From Methanobacteriota archaeon (GTDB lineage Archaea; Thermoplasmatota; Poseidoniia; Poseidoniales; Thalassarchaeaceae): a stretch of 57,336 bases of DNA. The translations under genes and the position numbers were made by a program. Below are positions 1 through 7,566 of the stretch, piece after piece; the first letter of the stretch is position 1; each line of letters begins with the position of its first letter. Under the pieces are notes generated by a model, which was not told the origin of the DNA, made no database searches, and saw nothing but the letters and a program-made list of their open reading frames with translations. Location of the stretch: the NCBI GenBank assembly GCA_002698225.1, contig NZWD01000040.1, positions 1-57,336 of the forward strand, given 5' to 3'.

Positions 1-13
1 TTGATGGCATATT

Positions 14-89
14 TGGTGGGCCCGACCGGAATTGAACCGGTGATCTTCGCTTTGTAAGAGCGACGTCATAACCCCTAGACCACGGGCCC
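14..89 (-). tRNA. tRNA-Val (anticodon UAC), 3' CCA encoded in the gene
   Basis: The reverse complement folds as a cloverleaf. Acceptor GGGCCCG/CGGGCCC, anticodon stem TCGCT/AGCGA with loop CTTACAA (anticodon TAC), T arm ACCGG-TTCAATT-CCGGT, discriminator A followed by CCA. Confidence 0.9.
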
Positions 90-148
90 TAGCAGAGCGC
101 AGAGGCGTTGTGTTCAAATCCCCTCCGGCTAGATGGAGTGTCAGGAGG

Positions 149-1147
149 ATGGGCATGGAGGGGATATCCGACTTGCTGGTGAGGCTGCGGGATTCGGGGG
201 TGCCGTTGAATGACAGCATAGCTGATGCTATGCAATCAGTCGACATTGGGGAATTCACCGACTTCGACACCTCTCTATTCTTGAGAGACAGGCCGATTCC
301 GTTCCTGTCAACTGACAATGGCACAACTAAGACCATCTCAGCCCCGCACATGATTGCCACACTACTACACCATTTGGAAGTCCTTGAGGGGCATCATGTG
401 CTCGTGCTGGGCTCCAAGGGAGGTTACCTCGCCGCCCTTCTTGACAGTATGTTAGGCCCCGCTGGAGCAGTGACAGTAGTCGAGCCACATCCCGAAGTTA
501 GGCTGCATACTAATGATCGACTCGACATATTCGAGTCGATGGGTGAGGTGAGGGTCATGCCGATTGAATACCTAGAGGCACTCGGAGAAGATTCGAGGCC
601 AGTCGACAGAGTCCTCGTCACAGGGGCAATTAGGGAACTTCTGCCCGATGTTGAGAACCTAGTGGGCGAAGGAGGATTTGTACTCGGCCCGTTTGGCGGG
701 CCTGTCCATCAGAGACTGCTGAAGAGGGAGAGGCAGGGGGATGAGTGGCTTGACACAGATTTAGGAGGAGTTGTGTTCGGACCGATGGACCTCGGGGAGG
801 CCGAGAGATCGCCTCTAGACCCTCAGAACCTCGCCGAGCATCTTGAGGACATAATAGAGCTGGTTTGTGAGATAATAGATATCGAAGATGACACAGTTAG
901 GAGGATAGAGGGACTCATATCGTCGCTCAGAGAATTACCTCAAGACATACCAAACCTTGACGAGGAGTCCACTGAGGATGAGATAATGGAGCATCCTGTG
1001 ATAGAACTCCTGCTCATGGAGATGGATTGGCTCGGACCAATGTGGCCTATCTTCGGAGATTTTCTATCGGTTGAAATCGCCTCGCCGGGTTCGCCTGGCG
1101 ACGATGAGTTCGAGATGTCCGGCGGTCACGAAGACCTAGTCCCCTAG
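149..1147 (+). CDS. protein-L-isoaspartate O-methyltransferase (PIMT)-like protein with an acidic C-terminal extension of ~110 aa
   Basis: ORF 110..1147. Colinear with PIMT: TISAPHMIA, VLVLGSKGGYLAALL (degenerate SAM glycine loop), VTVVE, VVFGPM. AGGAGG at 143-148 favours ATG 149 or 155 over GTG 110. Confidence 0.6.
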   Translation: MGMEGISDLLVRLRDSGVPLNDSIADAMQSVDIGEFTDFDTSLFLRDRPIPFLSTDNGTTKTISAPHMIATLLHHLEVLEGHHVLVLGSKGGYLAALLDSMLGPAGAVTVVEPHPEVRLHTNDRLDIFESMGEVRVMPIEYLEALGEDSRPVDRVLVTGAIRELLPDVENLVGEGGFVLGPFGGPVHQRLLKRERQGDEWLDTDLGGVVFGPMDLGEAERSPLDPQNLAEHLEDIIELVCEIIDIEDDTVRRIEGLISSLRELPQDIPNLDEESTEDEIMEHPVIELLLMEMDWLGPMWPIFGDFLSVEIASPGSPGDDEFEMSGGHEDLVP

Positions 1148-1150
1148 ACT

Positions 1151-1573
1151 CTACAGGGCGGGCTGCTGCAACCTCGCAAGAGGAACTGAGATTGGAGGGA
1201 GATGGTCAGAGAGCATGTGCCTAGATGTCTTTGGCTCAAACAGGTTACCTGAGAGGGCAGCCTCTATCACTTCCTCCTTCTGAATAGACTCCCTGCCACT
1301 ATTGGGCCAAACTGACACGCTTATGCCATCATCCTCGAGATAGTCGACGAGTACGCACGGCAGGCACTGGAGTTCCATTCTAACAGCCACCTTTGTCCTG
1401 TGGTGTCCGTCGAGAATCGTGCCGGTCTTCCTATCTACGAGCAGTGGCTTGGTGTAAGCCCTCCATCTGAGAGTCATTTTCTCGAGATTGTCCACTCTGT
1501 GCTCCTCTACCTTCTCGTGCGGGAGTAGGGTCTCGACGGGGACTAGCTCAACCTTCACACCCCCTCGAACCAC
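1151..1573 (-). CDS. small ParB/sulfiredoxin-fold protein (DGHHR motif)
   Basis: 140-aa ORF with GTG start. LLPHEKV...LLVDRKTGTILDGHHR resembles the ParB N-terminal/Srx nucleotide-binding core. No HTH domain and no parA partner nearby. Confidence 0.5.
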   Translation of the reverse strand: MVRGGVKVELVPVETLLPHEKVEEHRVDNLEKMTLRWRAYTKPLLVDRKTGTILDGHHRTKVAVRMELQCLPCVLVDYLEDDGISVSVWPNSGRESIQKEEVIEAALSGNLFEPKTSRHMLSDHLPPISVPLARLQQPAL

Positions 1574-1631
1574 TCATCGGGGATATGTCTAACGCCCGAA
1601 GGAATCATGACCACAATGCCGACGGGCAGTC

Positions 1632-2861
1632 ATGGGAGAGCCTTTGGAATATGCCAGCGAAGCCGACAGGCTGGTATTGTCGGGGCTGCGCTCTAAGGGT
1701 GAAGCTTGGGTAGTCGGTGGATGGGTTAGAGAGTCTTTGTCGGGCGAGCCGTCTACTGATATGGACATAGCCACCACACTACTTCCTGAAGAAGTCAAGG
1801 AGCTGTTTCCGCTTTCTCTTATGTACGGTGCAGACTATGGCACAGTGGTCGTCAGGCTAGACGGGTTTGAAGGGACATGGGAGGTCACTACTCTACGTAG
1901 CGAGGGTGGTTACGGAGACGGTAGGAGGCCAGACAGAGTCGATTTTGGAGTCGATATCAATGATGACCTCTCTCGCAGAGATTTCACAATCAATGCCATG
2001 GCATATGATTCAGAATGGAGCTTGGTGGATCCCTTCGATGGTTATTCCGACTTGGAAGATGGTATTCTGAGGTCTGTCGGAAATGCCGCAGAGAGACTGG
2101 GAGAGGACGGGCTCAGAGTTATGCGGGCATATCGATTCCTAGCTTCTCAGAAGGTCGCGGCCATGGATTCTGACCTAAGGGATGCCGTCAGAGACAATAT
2201 CAGTATGCTGGGAATGGTTTCTAAGGAGAGAATAGGGGACGAGATGGGACGCACACTCGTTGCATCGAACGCATCCTCAGCAATCTCCATGATGCATGAC
2301 GATGGAGTGATTCAGCAGATTTTGCCTGGACTCAGTGCTAACCCACAAGTTGTACTATGTGAGGACCCGGTGGTCAACTTGGCTTTGTTTTGCAGCGTTG
2401 ATGAGCGCAGCAGCGCGGATTTAGTGGCTTTACTGAGAGAGAGTCTGAAAATGTCAACAGATGAGCTTCGAGAGATTGCTTTCTTACACGGAGCGAGAGG
2501 TGTTCATCTCCCCTCGACGATACCAGAGATGAGAGTGTTCAGAGCATATCTGCCCGAACTCCGTCAGACACGAATTATCAACTACTACGCGGGCCTAGGC
2601 CGAGATGTCTCGCAATTTGAGAGATCAATTGCTGAGCTCTCCCCTCTCAAGGCGGGTAACGCTCCACTGGTGGACGGAAATACTCTTTCAGAGGTCACTG
2701 GACTGGAGCCGGGCCCTAGAATGGGGAGGTTGAAGGGACTGTTGCACCGAATCCAAGTAGAGAGAGACCTAGCCAATCAGAACGATGTTCTAGCACTGCT
2801 TGATGAATTAGGATGGAAAGATTCCGAACACGAGGACTGGCTTACCTTAGGGTGGCCTTAG
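1632..2861 (+). CDS. cca: class II (bacterial/eukaryotic-type) tRNA nucleotidyltransferase, CCA-adding enzyme or poly(A) polymerase family
   Basis: Head-domain motifs are present in order: GGWVRESLSG..DMDIAT (GGxVRD...DxD), RSEGGYGDGRRPDRVDFG, LSRRDFTINAMAY, GEDGLRVMRAYRF (EDxxR template motif). 409 aa, no HD domain. Confidence 0.8.
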   Translation: MGEPLEYASEADRLVLSGLRSKGEAWVVGGWVRESLSGEPSTDMDIATTLLPEEVKELFPLSLMYGADYGTVVVRLDGFEGTWEVTTLRSEGGYGDGRRPDRVDFGVDINDDLSRRDFTINAMAYDSEWSLVDPFDGYSDLEDGILRSVGNAAERLGEDGLRVMRAYRFLASQKVAAMDSDLRDAVRDNISMLGMVSKERIGDEMGRTLVASNASSAISMMHDDGVIQQILPGLSANPQVVLCEDPVVNLALFCSVDERSSADLVALLRESLKMSTDELREIAFLHGARGVHLPSTIPEMRVFRAYLPELRQTRIINYYAGLGRDVSQFERSIAELSPLKAGNAPLVDGNTLSEVTGLEPGPRMGRLKGLLHRIQVERDLANQNDVLALLDELGWKDSEHEDWLTLGWP

Positions 2862-3364
2862 GGTAACTCGTTTAGCATCTCAATGTACTCTTCCATATCG
2901 AGGAACTGGTCCTCATCGAAATCGTAAGGCTGCACTATCATACACCAGCCGTCTCCGTAGGCGTCGTCGTTAATCAGATCCGGATTATCCTCGACCTCTC
3001 CATTGAGTTCGAGTATCTTGCATGGGAACGGGGCATTGATCAGTAGGGTCTCAATTTCTCCACCGAAATTGGTAGTCAGCGTAATCATCAGGTCTTCTAT
3101 TCCAACCTCATCCCCTCTCCCCATCATCACAGGAGAGTCGTCATCGGAGTCGGTGTCGGTGTCGGTGTCGGAATCGAATTCGCTGTCATCCTCCGGCCTA
3201 GTCAGCACTACTCTAACTATGTCGCCATACTCTGCGGGAACGAACTCACTCACTCCTATCTTCACAGATTCTGCCTTATCGTCCAATGCTTGGACCCAAA
3301 CATGGTCCAGAGTGTACTTGCGATCATGGGCTATGCTGTACTCGATGTAGTCCCCGTTTGCCAT
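2858..3364 (-). CDS. glycine-cleavage H-protein-like (GcvH fold) protein, apparently non-lipoylatable, with an acidic insertion
   Basis: KYTLDHVWV, IGVSEFVPAEYGDIVRVVL and APFPCKILELNGEVEDNPDLINDDAYGDGW are colinear with GcvH. The position of the lipoyl-Lys (ESVKA hairpin) reads GEIET. An insertion EDDSEFDSDTDTDTDSDDD is present. Confidence 0.6.
   Translation of the reverse strand: MANGDYIEYSIAHDRKYTLDHVWVQALDDKAESVKIGVSEFVPAEYGDIVRVVLTRPEDDSEFDSDTDTDTDSDDDSPVMMGRGDEVGIEDLMITLTTNFGGEIETLLINAPFPCKILELNGEVEDNPDLINDDAYGDGWCMIVQPYDFDEDQFLDMEEYIEMLNELP
3149..3171. repeat. hexanucleotide tandem repeat (GTCGGT) x ~3.8 inside the GcvH-like CDS
   Basis: gtcggtgtcggtgtcggtgtcgg read directly. It encodes the DTDTDTD acidic tract on the minus strand. 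Confidence 0.9.
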
Positions 3365-3481
3365 TGATACCGAACCGCGCGTAAACCGGTCTGATTTTAA
3401 CTATTCGATGAATAGTAATCTCTTGGGCTCCCACGAGGGATTAACTATGTAGTCCTACTCTCAATTGTTGAGGAGAGAGAG

Positions 3482-4660
3482 TTGGACTTCGCAGAGGCCG
3501 AAGAACAGGCGATGATTCGCGATATGGTTCGTGATTTCGCCGAGAGTGTGTTGGCTCCAACTTGTCTTGATAGGGACCGTGGGCAGAAGGCCCCGCTAGA
3601 AGAGTGGAGAGTGTTCTGCGAGCAGACTGGTCTGCAGGGAATAACCATCTCCGAGGAGTATGGGGGCAGCCCTGTAGACGATGTTTCTGAGGCGATAATC
3701 GTTGAGGAGTTGGCCCGAGTCGATCCCTCTTTCTCTGTGATGTTCTGCGTTCATGTGGGTCTGTGCTCGAAGACGATTGCACTGCATGGGAATGACGAGC
3801 AGAAGCAGAAGTATCTAACCAGATTGGCTCAGAGTGAGATTGGAGCATATTCCCTGTCCGAGGCTGGTGCTGGTACCGATGCTGCTGCTTTAGGATGCAA
3901 GGCGAAACTGAGCGATGATGGGGCTCACTACATCCTCAATGGTGAGAAGATGTGGGTCACCAATGGAGCAAGTGCCGATATCTATGTCTTATTCGCCAAG
4001 GATGTTGATCACCCTGAGTTCGGAGTTAAGAAGCATGGAGGGACTACTGCCTTCATTGTCGAGAAGAGTTTCAAGGGTTTTTCCGTGGGAAAGAAGGAGG
4101 ACAAACTCGGAATCAGGTCGAGTGATACTTGCTCACTTTTACTGGACAGTTGCAAGGTTCCAGTTGAGAATGTCCTCAAAGTTCCAGGTGACGGTTTTCC
4201 CATCGCGATGAACGCTCTAGACAACTCAAGAATCGGGATTGCTGCTCAAGCCCTCGGAATAGCCCAGGGGGCATATGAGTCTGCTCTAGGCTATGCTCAC
4301 GAGAGGGAGGCCTTCGGTAAGCCGATAGCATACCACCAAAGCATTGGCAATATTCTCGCTGACATGGCAACAAGGACCGAGGCGGCCAGATTGATGGTAT
4401 ACAAGGCTGCATGGGCCAAGCAGAGACACTACGAAGACGATGCTCCTCGACACACCATGGAAGCAAGTATGGCCAAACTGTTCGCGGGGGACACCGCCAT
4501 GTGGGTGGCCGAAAGAGCTGTACAAGTCCTCGGAGGATATGGCTACACCACCGACTTCCCTGTGGAGCGCTTCTTCCGTGACGCCAAGATTACACAGATC
4601 TACGAAGGTACGCAAGAGGTCCAGCGAATTGTAATAAATCGCTCCATCGCTCCGGAGTGA
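3482..4660 (+). CDS. acyl-CoA dehydrogenase (short/medium-chain type)
   Basis: 392 aa, TTG start preceded by GAGGAGAGAGAG. Motifs AYSLSEAGAGTDAAAL, GEKMWVTNG and C-terminal RDAKITQIYEGTQEVQR are typical of ACADs. Confidence 0.9.
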   Translation: MDFAEAEEQAMIRDMVRDFAESVLAPTCLDRDRGQKAPLEEWRVFCEQTGLQGITISEEYGGSPVDDVSEAIIVEELARVDPSFSVMFCVHVGLCSKTIALHGNDEQKQKYLTRLAQSEIGAYSLSEAGAGTDAAALGCKAKLSDDGAHYILNGEKMWVTNGASADIYVLFAKDVDHPEFGVKKHGGTTAFIVEKSFKGFSVGKKEDKLGIRSSDTCSLLLDSCKVPVENVLKVPGDGFPIAMNALDNSRIGIAAQALGIAQGAYESALGYAHEREAFGKPIAYHQSIGNILADMATRTEAARLMVYKAAWAKQRHYEDDAPRHTMEASMAKLFAGDTAMWVAERAVQVLGGYGYTTDFPVERFFRDAKITQIYEGTQEVQRIVINRSIAPE

Positions 4661-4664
4661 AGGA

Positions 4665-5912
4665 ATGTCGGATTACCCGATAGCCGAGATTCGCTCTCTA
4701 TTCCCTGGTTTACAACGTCAGGTCAATGGTAATCAAGCTATTTTCTTCGATGGCCCAGGAGGTAGCCAGTCTCCTGAATCAGTAGGTGATGCGGTCAAGC
4801 ATTACTTATTGCATCAGAATGCGAATGTGGGCATGTCGTTCGCGACTTCGAAGGAGACGGATTCACTAATCGAGGAAACCATGCGAGCCTGTGCTGATTT
4901 TGTCGGTTGCGAGGATTATCGCGAGATTGTCTTCGGCCAGAATATGACTAGCCTGACGATACAACTGGCTAGTGCTCTGAGCCGAACTTGGGGCCCGGGT
5001 GATGAAGTCGTAGTTACGCGCTCAGACCACGATGCGAATGTTCGGCCATGGGTGCTTGCGGCGCAGTGGTCAGGTGCGACGGTGAAGTGGATAGATATCG
5101 ACCCAGGAGATTGTACACATAAAGTCGGGACGATAGATGAAAGTATCAACGAAAGCACTGTAATGGTAGCAATAGGTGCCGCATCAAACTTCTCAGGCAC
5201 AATAAATGATGTTAGAGGAATCTGCAGTAAGGCACATTCGGTAGGTGCCGAAGTTTTCGTGGATGCGGTGCATTATGCTCCTCATGCCCTGATTGATGTA
5301 CGAGATATGGACTGTGATTATCTCGCTTGCTCGTCGTACAAGTTCTTCGGAACGCACCAAGGAATCCTATGGGGTAGATTCGGTAGGTTGGCTAAATTGC
5401 CTGTTGCTAAATTGCGTGTTTCAAGCGAAGAGGTTCCATATAGATGGATGACTGGGACTCAAGGGCATGAATCGATGGCAGGAACGCTAGCTGCTATCGG
5501 GCATTTAGAATGGCTCGGAAGAATGATTTCTGAAGAGAATATTAGTCGTAGAGAAGCTCTGAGGGTTGCATTCTCTGCAATTGAAGAATACGAAAGTGAG
5601 TTGTGCTGGAGGATGATAGAGGGCCTCAAGAAGATGGATGGGGTCAAGATTTGGGGAATTACAGACCCCTCGATGAAGGATATGAGAGCTCCAACAGTCT
5701 CCTTCACTCATCATTCCATGACTGCAGAGGAGATTGGAGGGGCGCTTGCAGATCAGGGAATTTTCGCGTGGGCTGGGAACTTCTACGCGCTGGAGCTCTC
5801 CGAGGCTCTGGGACTTGAGCCTGAAGGTGCCCTCAGGGTCGGCCTGTTACATTACAATACTGCTGAAGAGGTAGATAGTTTCCTTAGGTTGCTCTCCGAC
5901 ATCCTTGAGTAA
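4665..5912 (+). CDS. class V PLP-dependent aminotransferase, cysteine desulfurase-like family
   Basis: 415 aa. IRSLFPGL, FFDGPGGSQ, HDANVRPW and SSYKFFG (PLP lysine) follow the class V fold pattern. Confidence 0.75.
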   Translation: MSDYPIAEIRSLFPGLQRQVNGNQAIFFDGPGGSQSPESVGDAVKHYLLHQNANVGMSFATSKETDSLIEETMRACADFVGCEDYREIVFGQNMTSLTIQLASALSRTWGPGDEVVVTRSDHDANVRPWVLAAQWSGATVKWIDIDPGDCTHKVGTIDESINESTVMVAIGAASNFSGTINDVRGICSKAHSVGAEVFVDAVHYAPHALIDVRDMDCDYLACSSYKFFGTHQGILWGRFGRLAKLPVAKLRVSSEEVPYRWMTGTQGHESMAGTLAAIGHLEWLGRMISEENISRREALRVAFSAIEEYESELCWRMIEGLKKMDGVKIWGITDPSMKDMRAPTVSFTHHSMTAEEIGGALADQGIFAWAGNFYALELSEALGLEPEGALRVGLLHYNTAEEVDSFLRLLSDILE

Positions 5913-5913
5913 A

Positions 5914-7566
5914 CTACTCGACCCACCGGTACTCTCTCTGACCCTCTAGAGTTCCTTCTCGGCCAACACTCACCAAGGCGAATTCACCTTCTGGACTGAC
6001 AACGGACCTCTTTCGTGATCCTCTGTGAAGAGCCTCGTAAACCGTCTTGTTGATTGGGTGACGGTTGGACAGTCGCTCAAACAGGTGGAATCTTGATGCA
6101 ATCTCTCGCCATTCGGCCTGCACTACTCCCTCGAAGACCTTGGCCTTGGCGCCCGAGCCATAACCGCACAGCCCCACTCTCTTGTCGGCCATGTCGATGT
6201 TGTCAATGTAATCTGACTCCATAGTGGACATTAATGCAAGGAATATCGACCCTGTATACTGGTTTCCAATTAGGCTGGATGCTCTCGTAGTCTTCTCGAT
6301 TCTCTGATCGACGAAGGTCTTGAACTCATCAGTCTTGGAGATTAATCTGCGATAGTAGTCATTCGACTTCTCGAACTCCTCGATTCCCTCAGGGGTATCG
6401 GCGAAGTCCTCTGGTAGTGGTTCCAGACCTATCTCCTCGACGATATTGGCCCACATCGGCAGATGCCTCCGATCATGCCTGAATACATCAGGGAACATCC
6501 TCTTACCCTGAAATGCATATGGCAGATGGACTATGATGCGACTCCATTGATTAGTCAGAATTTCGTCCTCTTCGGGATTGTACCTGCCATCTCTGATGGC
6601 CTTCTCTCGGAAATTGATGAAAGCCTGCTTGACTGACTCTGAATAGCACCTATTGGAGAACTGTCCATCGAATACAGGTGTGTCCTTGTGAATCTGCAGC
6701 TTAGGGCTCTCAAACATTACATCATCCTTCTTAGAGGAGCGGGGCAGGTGCTTAAGAATGCGTTCAGCGAGCCCTTCCTTAACCTTCTCGCCACTCTCTC
6801 TGGCTAGGTCTAACACATTCTCGACAATGGTTCTAGTATCGACTTCTCTCCTTGGCTTGAAGAAGTCATGAACGGGCATGGTAGAGATGCCCCAGATGTC
6901 GGGAATCTCCAGTAATCTTGGGTTGTGGCGAATCAGTATGGCCCCCCCTCCGGCACCCTGTGTGTACTCGCCAGTCGAACCGATGTCGTACTTGGCGTTA
7001 TCAGCGAATACGACAATGCCAATTCTGTCCTTCTCCTCACCCCCTCGGGCGACCCAATCGAGAGTGTTGTGCATAGCATCTACCGCGCCTATGCATGCGA
7101 AGGTCAAGTCTACAACGTCGCAGTTTCGGAAGCAATCCTTGCCGTGAACGGAAGTGTACCTCTGCTCAAGCATGTCCATGATGTAAGTCGCAGTAGGCTT
7201 GGAACCATCTAGTGCGGACTCGGTTCCCAGATAGATTCTGCCTATTGTGGCTGGATTGATACCGTTCCTATCAATCAGTCTGCGGGCAGCATTGGCACCC
7301 ATCGTAGCAGTGTCCTCATGAACATCCGGTATGGCCATCGCTGACAGACCTAGGCCACGATTCAGTTTGCCGAAATCGGCACCTCGCAACTTAGCGAAGT
7401 CTTCCATATCGAAATATAGCCTAGGGAAATGGATGGCGATGTCATCTATGCCTACGTTGGGCACCTGAACAACCTCGTGCCACGCCGGTAGGGGGCGGGT
7501 TATGAGTCCTCTCCCTGCAAGGTAGTGCAGAAATAGACTACTAAGTGCATCACTGGGAGCCGACAA
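5914..7566 (-). CDS. hydroxymethylglutaryl-CoA synthase, long (bacterial/eukaryotic-like) form
   Basis: GTESALDGSKP, FACIGAVDAM (catalytic Cys), VHLPYAF and GNQYTGSIFLAL. The ATG at 7566 overlaps tyrS by 17 nt. An alternative GTG at 7464 is preceded by GAGG and gives MPNVGIDD. Confidence 0.8.
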   Translation of the reverse strand: MSAPSDALSSLFLHYLAGRGLITRPLPAWHEVVQVPNVGIDDIAIHFPRLYFDMEDFAKLRGADFGKLNRGLGLSAMAIPDVHEDTATMGANAARRLIDRNGINPATIGRIYLGTESALDGSKPTATYIMDMLEQRYTSVHGKDCFRNCDVVDLTFACIGAVDAMHNTLDWVARGGEEKDRIGIVVFADNAKYDIGSTGEYTQGAGGGAILIRHNPRLLEIPDIWGISTMPVHDFFKPRREVDTRTIVENVLDLARESGEKVKEGLAERILKHLPRSSKKDDVMFESPKLQIHKDTPVFDGQFSNRCYSESVKQAFINFREKAIRDGRYNPEEDEILTNQWSRIIVHLPYAFQGKRMFPDVFRHDRRHLPMWANIVEEIGLEPLPEDFADTPEGIEEFEKSNDYYRRLISKTDEFKTFVDQRIEKTTRASSLIGNQYTGSIFLALMSTMESDYIDNIDMADKRVGLCGYGSGAKAKVFEGVVQAEWREIASRFHLFERLSNRHPINKTVYEALHRGSRKRSVVSPEGEFALVSVGREGTLEGQREYRWVE

